A stretch of DNA of 64,000 nucleotides from the human T2T-CHM13v2.0 reference genome, Homo sapiens. Positions 43,181 to 56,390 of this stretch are shown here, one piece after another. The notes beneath the pieces are model-generated. The model made no database searches and was not told where the DNA came from. It was given only the letters and a program-made list of their open reading frames with translations. Made by a program: the position numbers and the translations under genes. Numbering within the stretch: the first letter of the stretch is position 1; each line of letters starts with the position of its first letter. The stretch lies in NCBI RefSeq assembly GCF_009914755.1, contig NC_060928.1; one strand, written 5' to 3'.

Positions 43181-43725
43181 TAGACTTTATTTAGGATTGC
43201 ACAATAATTTAGAACTTTAACCTATTACAGAGTGTATGCTACCTGATGGGTCTTGTTCTGTTAAGGAATCTAGAGAATGTGGTGTTCATGGCTTGCATAC
43301 TGTTCTTACGCTTTGGTTTTGCTGGGTCAAAAGGTTTGATATTCAGACTTGTTTTCAGACAGGCTATTGGGCAGATGATCTACAGATAGCACTGATTCTC
43401 AGATTCCACCCCTGCCCCCACACCCCCCATGCCCACTCCCATATCTCTTTCAATCAGGAGATGTGTATCTTCTCCAAGAATTCTGGTAGCTATGTTATTT
43501 CAACTCTGTAATTGAAAAAATGGTCGATATTAACATAAAACACTGATTCCTCTTTATTATAGCTACACACGATATTTGGCTTATTGTAGATATTTATAAG
43601 TGTCTGTTAATTAAATGAATAAGTGTATGTTTCTTACTCCAATTGATATAGACTTTTATGTGTATTTTCAACAATGATTATTATTCAATATCCCCCTATG
43701 GTTTGTCAGTTTCTCTGAAGGCAAG

Positions 43726-44046
43726 TGTATTAGTTTGTTCTTGTGTTATTATAAAGAAATACCTGGCCAGGCGCAGTGGCTCACGCTTGTAATCCCAGCA
43801 ATTTGAGAGGCCAAGGTGGGCAGATCACCTGAGGTCAGGAGTTTGAGACCAGCCTGACTAATATGGTGAAACCCCGTCTCTACTAAACATACAAAAATTA
43901 GCCGGGTGTGGTGGTGCACACCTGTAATCTCTGCTACTCAGAAGGATGAGGCAGGAGAATCGCTTGAACTCAGGAGGCGGAGGTTACAGTCAGCCGAGGT
44001 GTTGCCACTGTACTCCAGCCTGGGTGACAGAATGAGACTCTGTGTC

Positions 44047-44079
<33 letters not shown>

Positions 44080-44442
44080 GAAATACCCGAATGCATAATT
44101 TATAGGAAAAGAGGTTTAATTGACTCATGGTTCTGCAGTCTGTACAGGAAACAGTAATGACATCTGCTTCTGGGGAAGCCTCAGGAAGCTTTTACTCATG
44201 GCAGAAAGTGAAGCAGAAGAAGGCACTTCACAGGGCAAAAGCAGGAATGAGAGAGTGGGAGGAGAGGTGCCACACACTTAAATGATTAGAACGATTGTGA
44301 CAATTCACTTACTATTGGGAACACGGCATCAAGCCGTGAGGGATACACCCCCATGAGCCAACTACCTCCTGCTAGGTTCCACCTCCAACACTGGGGATTA
44401 CAATTCAACATGAGATTTGGTCAGGACATACTAACTATGTCA
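43726..44442 (-). mobile_element. MSTB-like MaLR LTR interrupted by an Alu
   Basis: tgtattagtttgttc...gaggtttaattgactcatggttctgcag...ggggattacaattcaacatgagatttgg; TSD gcaag/ggaag. Confidence 0.85.
43765..44076 (+). mobile_element. AluSx-like
   Basis: Full-length Alu; TSD aaagaaatacc. Confidence 0.95.
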
Positions 44443-44922
44443 GGAAGGGCAAGGTACAGTGTAATAAGCTCAAAGAAGTAATGCACTGCAAGGGTTAAGG
44501 AAGAAACACTAGACAAAACATCATAAATCTTGAGTTCTTCTGTTGGCTCTATCAAGAATATTTATTCTAATTAACATTTGTTGCATGCTTACAATATGCT
44601 AGGCACATTACATGCAGTATCTTATTTAGCTCTTACGGTAAAGCTATGTAGAAGGTACAACAGGAATGCCTAATAATGCTTAATATTCCACCAGGATTTA
44701 GTGTGATGTTTTCTCTTTCTTTGGCACACTGCTAGACACCATCTCTCAGCCCCCTTGTTTGAGGGAGTGGGTGTACAACTATTCCCCTTCATGGATGAGG
44801 AACACAAGTAATGTGAGTCACCTCCAGTCAACGTGAATAAGTACTCTTGGGCCTTCTCCATACATTCTTTTCTCTGTCCCCTGACTGAAAGCAGAGATGG
44901 GGCCCTACAAAATGATGATAAA

Positions 44923-45285
<363 letters not shown>

Positions 45286-46059
45286 TTAGACTAGAAATAT
45301 CAAGTAACTTTTATAGAACAAGCAAGTGTCAAAGCCAGGATTTGATTATGTAGTTTAACTCAGCACATCTTCATAGCCACTAAGTGTACAGGCCAGCCGT
45401 GCAAACTTGAGTCACTGTGGCTTTCTAAGTCTCAATCTTTTCAGCCAAAAATGAAGATATTAAGACTGTCTTATAGGTATGTATGGGGATTAATGAGTTA
45501 ACACATTAAAAAAATCTAGAAAGAACACAGTGCAAAATAACGCAAAATAATAAAGATGTGTTTGTGTGCATGTGCACACACGCCTGTATGCACAAGTGAG
45601 CTAGCGTGCGTTTGGAACTTTGTCACATCAAGGCTGATTTTAATAAATGGACCATGGTTGAGGCCTCAGAATCTCTTCATCACTCAGGGATTTCTGTTCA
45701 GTGACATTTGTTGGATAGGATTTGACCTGTTGTATGAATTATGCCTTCCATGTAAGGAGACTGTTTGGATACTAATTTGCTCGCTTGCTTCTCAGCAACC
45801 ATGAATACAGAAAGGGTCAGACAACTCCTCAAGCAGTTTTATGGCGGCATTTGTTCCTGGGTCCTAGAGGGAGCTGTGTTCAGTCCTTCTGAGAAGAAGG
45901 AAAAGCAGCCAGGCTTAGAATGGCAGAGTGGGAGTGGGGGAGCAAATGCACAGCAGGGCAGGACCCTCCTGCGCTTCAGGACAATGTCGTCAAGATCATC
46001 ATCCAAAGCAAAATTGATTCAGATTTCTATATGGAATAAAAACATTTCAAGGTAACGTG

Positions 46060-46280
46060 GTATAGAGGACCAAGAGTCAGAATTGTGGGGTTTTAGCCTT
46101 CAGTTGAACTAGTCTGTGGACTCCGGTGTACTTAATTTCTCTAAGCCTCAGTTTTCTTATCTATAAAATGGAGATAACACTGACTCCAACTATCTACCTA
46201 GAATTGTTCTGAGGATAGAATGTGGCTATGTTAAGAAGACAATCTGTAAGTGCCAAAGAATTTTATGAGTGTGAGTCCTT
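46060..46280 (+). mobile_element. MIR SINE
   Basis: cttaatttctctaagcctcagttttcttatctataaaatggagataac. Confidence 0.8.
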
Positions 46281-46617
46281 GTTGCAGCTATGACATCTTC
46301 ATGACACCTAAGTGGATATGAATACAGTGATGTGGTAGGTGCAATGATAGAATTAATTCAGGGTACTCTGGAGGAAAAGAGGAGAGGTATTTAATATATC
46401 CCAAGGGTTGGATGTGAAGGTCAGGGAAGACTTCCTGCAAGGGGTAACTTCTTGAGTTCTGAAGGGTGATGAGGTGATACTCAGGTAAAATGACCTGGGG
46501 AAGATGGGGAAAGAAAGGCATTCTGGGTAGAGGAGTTACCATGATCAAAGTTGAGATAAGAAATAGCACCGTGTAGCGTGAAACCATAAGCAGTTTGGTA
46601 TTCTTGGGGTATGACAA

Positions 46618-46619
46618 TT

Positions 46620-46657
<38 letters not shown>
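46618..46657. repeat. (TG)n microsatellite
   Basis: tgtgtg... run. Confidence 0.95.
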
Positions 46658-46659
<2 letters not shown>

Positions 46660-46729
46660 GGGTGGGTGGAAAGATAAGGAGAACATGTTAAGAAAATTTG
46701 ATCCTGAATGGAAATAGAAATATTGAAGG

Positions 46730-47047
46730 TTTTTTTTTTTGTTTGTTTTTGTTTTTTTTTGACAAGAGTCGCCTCACTCTGTTGCCCACGCTGGAGTGCA
46801 GTGGTGCAATAATTTTGGAATACTGCAAACTCCGCCCCACAAGCAAATCTCATGCCTCAGCCTTCCGAGTAGCTGGGATTACAGACATGCACCATCACAC
46901 CTACTTAATTTTTGTTGTATTTTTAGCGGAGATGTTTTGCATTTTAGCAACATGTTTCACCATGTTGGCCAGGCTGGTTGCAAACTCCTGGCCTCAAGTT
47001 GATCTTCTCGCCCCATCCCAAACTGCTGGGATTATAGGTTTGAGTCA
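46730..47047 (-). mobile_element. AluJ-like (diverged)
   Basis: Antisense Alu; flanks tgaaggtttt/tgaagggtttt. Confidence 0.88.
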
Positions 47048-47821
47048 TGAAGGGTTTTAAGTGGATGGGGGTTGGGTATGTTGTTGGGATTGTTGAAAGC
47101 TATATTAGGAGAATTACTGCTGTAGTAACTTTTGTGAGAGATGCTGAGAATCTGAACTGTGGCTGTGGTAGTTGGGATTAATTTTTTTTTTTAAAGAAAA
47201 TCAAAAGGTATCTTGAATGGAAGATCAGTGTCCCTGGAAGAGGGAAGAGTTATTATTGGATTCTAGTTTCCAGTTTGGACAATGGGGCTGATGGTTTTGT
47301 TATCAAATGAGAGGGAAAACTCAGGAAACAATTCAGATTTACAGGAAGACAGTAAATTCAGTATTGTGTTTATTGAGTGTGAAATCAGATTGTGTGTCAC
47401 CCGGGTGGGATGGCAGCAGGCATTTGGAAACCAGTTGGAGGGAACTTGTGGCTCTGTCCCATGCACCACCGGATCTTCCTGGGCATGTGTGGGTGGACTG
47501 GATCCAGTCAGGGACAGGTTAGTAACTAACGGAGAAATTTTCATTCTTTAGAGCAGACACTTCTCCTTGCTCTCTGTGGCAGCTGTAATCTAGATATGGT
47601 ATTCTCTCAAACTTTCCACCCTTAATTCCAGATAGCATCCTTGTGAATAAAAAGTAAAAAAATGAAATGTGAGGTTCTGTATCCCATAGCAGCAAAGAAC
47701 TCTGGGCAGGGAGTTGGGAGTCTTGGGTTTAAGTTCCTACTGCAGTTCTGATGAAGTCAGTCAGTTCACCAGTTGGGTCTCTTCTTTTCTATCTTTTCAA
47801 GGATGAATTTGGAATTACTGA

Positions 47822-48128
<307 letters not shown>

Positions 48129-48819
48129 ATGTTTTCTTGAATACTTGACGAGAGCTTCAGGTTCTCTTCAATAATTTCAAGTCTTGAGGTTTTGTGAAAG
48201 ATCTACACTGTGTTTCTGTTTCATGTACTGACTTTTAACTCTCTGAAATTAGTAAAATATTAAGATATAATATGTCTTAAATAACAAAAAAGCAAAGGTG
48301 CAAAATCTTCTAAATTACTGTGTTCCTGGAAACTTGTCATAAATCTGTACACAGCACCCCTCTGCTACCCCGATTTCCATTAACCCAGAGCTCTCTTAAC
48401 CAGCCCTGCACACACCACATAACCTTAGAGTTGGGATCTAAGTTTATGCCCTCGGTATGTTGATTGATATTCAGCAAGGTTGCCTTGAGGCAATGTGAAA
48501 ATCCAAAGTCATCAAAGACGGAGGAAATTACGTCCAGCCTAGTTTCAAAGGTGGACGGTATTGCTTTCACATGATTTGAAAATCATTAATCTATGTGTGG
48601 TGTATACCAGGGCTCCCTGACCTTTTAGTGAAGAGAATTTTTTAATTTCCGTGAGACAGACTTTTTGATTAACCAGAACTTCCTTTTCACCCCATCCAAA
48701 TATATTAGATAACAGGGTTTCATATTTACTTATGAGATCCATGGCTATCTTCAGCTTAATTTTATGCCCATCTGATGTTAAACATAGGGGAAGATGAATC
48801 CGATCTTTGAGGAACAGTG

Positions 48820-50060
48820 GGAAGGCCTCTGGATGAAAAGTCAGGAGACCCAAGGTTAAGTCATAGCTCTGTCACTAATGAACTGTGTGGCCTTGGACAC
48901 ACACCACTTTACTTTCCGGGCTTTAGTTTCACTCTCTGCAAAATTAGATGGTTGTGATAGATAATCTTAAGTTTCTTGCAGTTCTAAATTGGCATAAGTA
49001 TCTGTTTTTCTAATGCTTCAGTTAAATGTAATTGTATTACACAATTTTGCATACAGGCTTATATCTAATCAGCATAATATTAGCTCCATTTTATAACAAA
49101 GAAAACTGAGACCTGGAAAGAATAAACATCTTGTTAATGGCAGTGCCAGAGTCTGAATTCCAGTGTTTGGTTTTTCAAGTCCTTGTGTTCTTTCCTGCAC
49201 ACGTTCTGTGGCTCCCATGAGCACAGAGCTGGGTGGCAGACTGGGGCTTTGAGAACAAGAGGATTTGGCTGCCACTGTCTCTTGAGAGGGTGATCTATAT
49301 TTCAGTGTCTTTCTCAGTTTAAGAAATGCTCTGCACTGCTTTGTTGTGGCTTTTGATTGTTGCTTTCAATCTTTCTTGGATCAAATCATGTCTCCTGGCA
49401 GTTGTGATGCTGTAATATGAAGATCAGATCTGCCTGCCTGTCTCAATAGCTGGCAATTTATCTCGGTATTTTTAGGTGCCTCAGATAAAGGTAATATAAA
49501 TATAATGAAAGAATGAATTTCTTTCTGACACTTTGTGCCATTTGTATGAGAGAATGAAAATCTCCTTTAAGAATATTGTTTTTAAAGCAGCATTTCTCCA
49601 AATGTGTTCTCTGGATGTAACTTGATGTTACAAAACCATAAAAGCATTGTACTGACCAAAGAATTTAGGAAATCTTAATGTTAATTCTCAGAACCTTTAA
49701 AACAGTAATGTTCAATTTGAATTTAAAAGAGGAGAAAGCTTATGTTTTTTCCCCAACCATAGTTAACTATAGAGTCTTCCCCTAGGCTGTCTTCCTCTCC
49801 CAACACAAGAGTACTATAGGGCTCCCTTTCTAATGAACTGACTGTAAGTAGTGCTTGAAAGTACTGTGTGCCAAAAGGCAGGGTAACTACCATTTATCAG
49901 CCACCAACTATGCACCGAGTATTTTTACAAATGTTATTTTATGTATCTTTTTCATTTATGAGGTGGTCTTTTGATCTATATTTGTATGTTGAAGAACTCG
50001 AGGTTCAGGTGGGTTAAGAAACAGTTTGTAGGGATATAGGCTGGAGTCAGACCTATATCT
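48820..50060. mobile_element. Cluster of MIR fragments and a MER103-like remnant (~49590-49860)
   Basis: gaactgtgtggccttggac...ctctgcaaaattagatgg; aagaaaactgagacctgg; ttctcagaacctttaaaacagtaatg. Confidence 0.55.
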
Positions 50061-50500
50061 GTCAAGTCCTACTTGTTCCCTGCACTTCACTGTGTGTATT
50101 GAGGTGATGTAGCAATAGTCTAAGGACTTGAGCTAAGGGGACAATATTCTCTGGATCACTCTGACCGCACTGAGACCTGTACACAGCCAGCTCAAGACAA
50201 CATGGTGGCTCATCGCTAGTGATCTTTCCTACCCATTGCTCTTTTTTTTCCACCCCATTTCTTAGGATTTCTGTAACGGTTTCCTTGATCTCCTGGGAAA
50301 ATACTTCTTTCTGAGGCTGTGCCTTGATTTGTAACAGTAACAGTGCATCTTCCAACATTTGGTTCCTTTGGAATGGAAAATTTCCCAACAGACAGGAGAA
50401 AACCTAAGTGTGTGTCAAGTGTAATAAGTTGCTGTTGATGTCCACATCTTGGATGCATTTCCATGACATCTGAGTTATGCGGGGTGTTTTGTTTATGCTG

Positions 50501-50690
50501 TTCATTTTGTGACAGTCAGTGGGGGCTGTCTGGAAAGAATGAGGGCATTGGAGTCCAGCAGTGTACCATGTGAATTCTAGCTCCAGCACTTATTTACTTT
50601 GAGGCCTTGGATATGTTATTTATGTCCCTGACTCTCAGTTTTCTCACCTTCCTTGCAAGGTAGCTGGAGGATTAGATTAGATGATACATG
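50501..50690 (+). repeat. Local duplication A, copy 1 (unique + MIR sequence)
   Basis: 182/190 identical to 53698-53887 by manual alignment. Confidence 0.95.
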
Positions 50691-51740
50691 CGTGATTGCT
50701 GGCACATGGTAGGAGTTCAATAAATGGTAATAATTATTGCTGTTACTATTGGGTCTATACATACCTGGGCCCTTCCTTTATATATCAGAATAGCTATTCT
50801 TTGCTGTCCTTGGTGAAATGGAAATCAAAGGAATCTTCTTGATTATTCACAGTAGGGAGAGTCAGCTGGTGGTCTGTAATCTTCTCAGGATCTCCTCTTT
50901 TGACAATGAAAAGGCAAGTTCTTAACCGGGTGATATAGAGCAGGAAGCACTCCTGACACTTCTCTTCCATGGGCTGAGCATAATTGAAGTCTTACGTAGG
51001 TTAAAGCTAAAGCTCTTTTTCTACTAAAAGATGAAAATGGGTAACCTACAATCAATTTCAAAGCCCAGGACTATGATGTTACCTAGCAAATCTCTTTCCT
51101 GTACCTTAGACATGATTTAGGATATCCCATGGAGATGTATTACATCCCTTTAACCGTTCGTCTTCCTACTGCCCCCTCCTCTGTCCTCAAAGTAGTGTTT
51201 TTCTCATTCCTGCTGTCTCCAACACTGGCCTTGGAATCTTCCACTTTTCAGTATAAATAGATTATCAGCTCTGTCTATTTTTCTGTGTTTTGCAAATGCT
51301 GCCTCTGTAGGTTGCAGCTAATTATTAAAGGGATTTTCCTTTGTTCAGTCATAAGTGCAGTATAAGTGCTAAACAAGTCTTAAAAGAGAAGGTATATACT
51401 GATTTAAAAGTCAAAAAATGATCTAGAACTAAGAGCGATAAATTATCTGAGCAAAGCTAAGATCCTGGAGTGGAGAAAGAGGGAGAAATATTCTCATCTT
51501 ATTAGGGTGGAGCAAGGAGACGGAATAGAATGTTGTGGTGAAGGAAACTGTATTGTGTTTTCTCATAAGAATAGAGAATTTTTGTGATTATGAGAACAGG
51601 AACAGAGAAGGTGGTCTCTATGAAATGCAATATAATAGAACTTCCAAAGAAATAAGGGGAAATAAAATTAATGGCAATTTGATCAAATCAGCAAACAAAA
51701 AAAGAAAATTTAGAAAAACAATGTAAAATATCAATCTAAA

Positions 51741-51984
51741 TCTGGAGAACACGGGCAACTTCCTATGGGAAAAAATACTGCAAAGGAAGCTTATTTTCAC
51801 CATTCTCATGTTGCTAAAGAAACTTTAGTGAGGAATAATACACGTGAAAAAATTGCATCCATTTTAAGTGCACAGATTGGTGAGTTTTGACAAATGTGTA
51901 CGTCTGTGTAACATACAATAAAGACATATAATATATTCATCACCCCGAATACTTCTTTGTTCCTTTCCAGCCAATGTCTACTTT
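51741..51984 (+). repeat. Local duplication B, copy 1
   Basis: About 85% identical to 53418-53662, including the same chimeric L1M junction. Confidence 0.9.
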
Positions 51985-51999
51985 ACAAAAAGAATAAAT

Positions 52000-52940
52000 C
52001 ATTATGAAAAGAATAAATCAAATCATCCCACAAAATATAAGCAGAGCAGTTTGAGTCTTTCCTTCTAAAAGACAAAGGTTTTTCAAATTGAGTTAATACA
52101 CAAAACTGAGCTGTATGCCTATATATGTTTTAAAAGGGAGAAAGTAGCATATAAAATTAAGGTGGGTCAAAGAGATACAAAAGCGAAAGAGAAAATGCAA
52201 ACAGAAAGCAGGAGAGACAGCGTCTGACATGGGGGAATCCAAGGTTACACACATTGAATAAAATAACAAGACATTATGTAAACACAATTTATGAGGGTTA
52301 TATATATATGTATATAATATATAAATGAATTTGTTCAGCAAGCATTTATAAAACTTAATCACTTACTGAACCATAAATTAAATCTTAAAATATTAAAAAA
52401 GTAGTGCTTTTAGGAGGCATATTCTCTGATGAGAATTCAATACAATTGAAAGTAAATAATAAAAAGGCGACAAATAATCTTTTCTTTCTGGGAAATCTGA
52501 AATATTCTACTGGATAGAACCATGGAACAAAAAGGAATTTTAAGAGAGAAATTATAAGCTACAAAAACAATGGAATAAAAAACACTGAGTACCAAATTCC
52601 GTGAGACATAGAGACGTACACAGAGAAAATTTTAGGGTCTTAAATACCTCTCTTATGTCTTCATCATTAATGAAGAAAAATTATTACTCATTTTCAGAAA
52701 TCACTAAAATGACAAATCAAACAAAAAGAAACCAAGGAGAAGAAATCAATCAAGGCAAAACTCACTTACAAAAATAAAACAAATAATAAAACAATTCAAG
52801 AGTTGATTGCTTAGAAGTCTGCTAAAAATAGATAAACCCACTGTGAGAGTGGTTAAGGAAAAAGGGAGATCAACCATTAGTAAAGAGAAAGAAAAAGATG
52901 AAAGAGAGATGAAAGAACTTGAGGAGACTATGACACACAC
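52000..52940 (+). mobile_element. Degraded L1M ORF2 fragments
   Basis: gcatattctctgatgagaattcaatacaattgaaagtaaataataaaa; aaaatagataaacccactgtgagag. Confidence 0.55.
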
Positions 52941-52941
52941 C

Positions 52942-53391
52942 TCTAGTGGGAGCCATGTTGTGCTACCCAGACCCCCTTTAGGACTGGGACACTTGTTTCC
53001 TCCTTGTGGGAAGTGTTGGTGGCTGATGGCTTACAACTGTGTCTCTCTCCAGGAATTGCTTTTGGTCAAGGGGATTGTCTTGTCTAAGCTACCATCCAAT
53101 GTATAATATGTTGTCCAATGTGTACTGGGGACAACTCATATCTCAAAATGGGTTGACAGAGAAATATAAAATTCTTATCCTCTTGTCTCATTTTGGGATG
53201 GCTCCGAAGGACCACAGCTTCCAGTGGAATAGCCAAGGCCTCAGTTGCTTCACAGTTCAATTGCTTCCTCTGCTCAATCACAACTGCCATACTTTCTTAC
53301 AGGCACTATTCCTGCAGGTACTCCCCAGTAGACCTCCTTCATACCAATCTCCACCTCTGAATCTGTCCCGGGGAGCCTGATGGAAGATACA
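52942..53391 (+). mobile_element. LTR16-type ERVL solo LTR
   Basis: gttgtgctacccagacccccttt...ttcacagttcaattgcttcctctgctcaatc...ctccacctctgaatctgtcccggggagcctga. Confidence 0.65.
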
Positions 53392-53417
53392 GCTCAGTGA
53401 CAACAAGCACACGAAAG

Positions 53418-53887
53418 TCTAGAGAACATGGACAACTTCCTAGGGGAAAAAATACTGGAAAGGAATGCTTATTTTCACCTTTCTCATGTTTCTAAAGAAA
53501 CTTTATTGAGCAACAATACACATGAAAAAATTGCACCCATTTTAGTGCACAGATTGATGTGTTTTGACAAACATGTATATCTGTGTAACATACAATCAAG
53601 ATGTAGAATATTTCTATCACCCCCAAATATTTCTGTGTTCCTTTCCCACCAACCCCTACTTTCTCACCTCTGGCCTCAAGTAACCACTGATCTGCTCTTC
53701 ATTTTGTGACAGTCAGTGGGGGCTGTCTGGAAAGAATGAGGGCATTGGAGTCCAGCAGTGTACCATGTGAATTCCAGCTCCAGCACTTATTTATTGTGAG
53801 ACCTCAGACATGTTATTTATGTCCCTGACTCTCAGTTTTCTCATCTTCCTTGCAAGGTAGCTGGAGGATTAGATTAGATGATACATG
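53418..53887 (+). repeat. Duplication B copy 2 (53418-53662) and duplication A copy 2 (53698-53887)
   Basis: Direct alignment with 51741-51984 and 50501-50690. Confidence 0.92.
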
Positions 53888-54318
53888 AGTATCATCCAGA
53901 TTCAGTTCTGGAGTATGTGCCAGCCACATGTGCTCTGTAGTGTCAGACTTGACTCACATAGCACAATGCTTTTGAGATTTGTCTCAATTCATCAGAGGGC
54001 TTTCTTTACCTATTTCACTTCTCTCAAGGATCTTCATCCTGCAATGCTTATTGTCTATTTACTAGATGCAGTTGTTTTAGGTATTTTGTCTAATTATACC
54101 TCTTAAAAGCATGATGGTGAATCTGGTATCTTTTAGTATTTATTTTTATGGCTGGAAGTGAGAGCCCTCATCATCCTTACTGAATATTGTCTTAAAAGTT
54201 GTAGAGAATATCCTATAAAAATAAAATGAAATAAATAGTTATTGGTAATTAAATATAGGTAAAAAGAAGACAACGCTGTCCCTGTTGATGTTTAGTTTGT
54301 TTATTAAAAAAAAATCTA

Positions 54319-54622
54319 GGCCTAGTGGTTCACACCTGTAATCCCAGCACTTTGGGAGGTCAACGTGGGAGGATCACTTGAGGCCAGGAGTTCTAGGCCC
54401 AGCCTGGGCAACATAGTGAGACCCCTATCCAATATGATGGCACATGCTGATACTTCAGTTACTCAGGAGGATGAGGTCGGAGGATTGCTTGAGTCCAGGA
54501 GTTCAAGGCTGTAGTGAGCTATGATCATGCCACTACACTTCAGCCAAGGTGACAGAGTGAGACCTTGTCTCAAAACAAAAACAAAAGCAACTCCCCACAA
54601 CTAAAAAAAAAAAAAAAAAAAA
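54319..54622 (+). mobile_element. AluJ with deleted central A-rich linker
   Basis: gaggccaggagttc, ggaggattgcttgag AluJ features; agaccctatccaatatgatggcac junction lacks the linker. Confidence 0.88.
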
Positions 54623-54884
54623 CCCTCTAGGGAACCTCTAGGAAGCCTCCTAACAATATTTTATATAGTAAGATAATTTAGTAATTTGCATGAATATAAG
54701 ATAAAAGTATAAAAGTATAACATTAATTGGTTTTCATTGGTCCAGTAATAAACAACTAGACATGGATATGGGACGATATACTGCTTTTAATAGCACCAAA
54801 ATCTATAAAATATTTAAGAATAAATTTGATAAGGAAGGCCAGGACTTACAGGAAGAAAACTGAAAATCTTTTTGGTAGACTGAA

Positions 54885-56090
54885 AAAATGGCTAAGCACT
54901 TACTTTGTTTTAGTCACTATTCTACGAGATTTACATGTATTAACTCATTTAACCTTCCTAGAAACCCTGAAAGGATGTTATTATTATTTCCATTTCATAG
55001 ATGAGAAAATTGAGATATAGAGAGGTTAAGTAGCATGCAGTCCATCCAGTGTGCAAGCCACAGAGCCAGTATTTGAAATCAGGGCTGAACAAATGGAAAG
55101 ATATCCTATTTTTCAGTGAGGTTTCCTAATGGAAAAATATTTTCTAAAATGCAAATATGATCATGTCACTTTTGTACTTTAATCTCTTTGTTCATGGTCT
55201 GCTGCTTTTAGGATAAAGTCAGACCCTTAAGGGTGTCTAAAACTCCAAAATATTTCTCAAATCCATCCCTTCTGTATCACTACTATTGCTGTGCTAGCTC
55301 AGGTTCTCATCACCTGCTTACCTACCCATTTATTCATTAAACAAATAGATCATCTTGGTAGTATTGTAATGGGCGTGTTTGAGGGGGCTAGGAGAGACAG
55401 GAGTGAGCTCAGTTGAGAGGCTGTCATAGAACAAGCTGAACACGAGAGAGTCCTAGGAATAGACGGGAGGAGTCGTATTTGAAATATATTTAAGAGTTGT
55501 ATTTGAAATATAGTTGAAATATGTGGCAGCACTTAAAGTCTAATTGGGTGTGAATGTCGACGGACTTGTTTCACTCCCATATAACTCCCAAGATTCTAAC
55601 TTAGGTGACTGGTAAATACCTTCAAGTCCTCACCTTGTTGGCGAGGATAGGTTCAATGATTGAGGCACACTCTAGAGTTCTTTAGCCAGACTAATATTAA
55701 TCTATTGATAAATATTCTTTGTTTTAACATCAAAATTGCTTTCATTCCATCAAAAAGTGTATTGCTTCTTTATCAGATTCAGTTCTGATACCTTCAAGAT
55801 CTAAGCAGTAGAGGAGTAGAACAGTTGAGAAATTTACAGGTGCAAGAAATTCATTTGATACAATGGTTAGAACCGGAAATAGAATTGCCTGGGGCTTAGT
55901 TTGTATCCCAGCTTACCACTTACCAACTGTAGTTAGCCTCTCTGTAACTTAGCCTCCCCATCAGTAAAGGGGGGATAAAGTGGATAAATCTATGGAGCTT
56001 TGTAAAGACTTTAAAGAGGTGATTTATGTAAAATACTTAGCAAAACACCTGGCACCTGGTTTAAAACTCCCCAAATGCTATCTATTATTT
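54885..56090. mobile_element. MIR and L2 fragments
   Basis: catttcatagatgagaaaattgagatatagagaggttaag (MIR -); aaatgcaaatatgatcatgtcac (L2); cttagcctccccatcagtaaagg (MIR +). Confidence 0.65.
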
Positions 56091-56252
56091 ATAACTGATA
56101 AAAGTCTGTATTTTTTTACATTTTCCAAAATAAAGCAATAAAACCAGGCTGCAATATAAAGAGACTGTCAATGCAATTGTGTATATGTTAAGTTGTTAAA
56201 CATAGTGTGCAATGGATTACTATTAGTTATTTCTTACCTGTCAGAGAATTTT

Positions 56253-56390
56253 TATGTGTGATAAAATATACATAATATAAAATACATTATTTTACCATTT
56301 TAAGCGTACAATTTAATGGCATTAAATGTATTTACATTGTTATGCAGTCATCACCACTCTTCACCTCTGGAAGTTTTTCATCATCCCCAA
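56253..56390 (-). mobile_element. Short L1MA/MB 3' end with preserved TSD
   Basis: accattttaagcgtacaatttaatggcattaaatg; TSD ctgtcagagaatttt (56238-52) / ctgtcaaagaatttt (56391-405). Confidence 0.8.

Larger units (their letters stand above)
46330..47400 (-). mobile_element. L2 fragment interrupted by (TG)n and AluJ
   Basis: gtcagggaagacttcctgcaaggggtaacttcttgagttctgaagg; aaggcattctgggtagagg. Confidence 0.6.
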
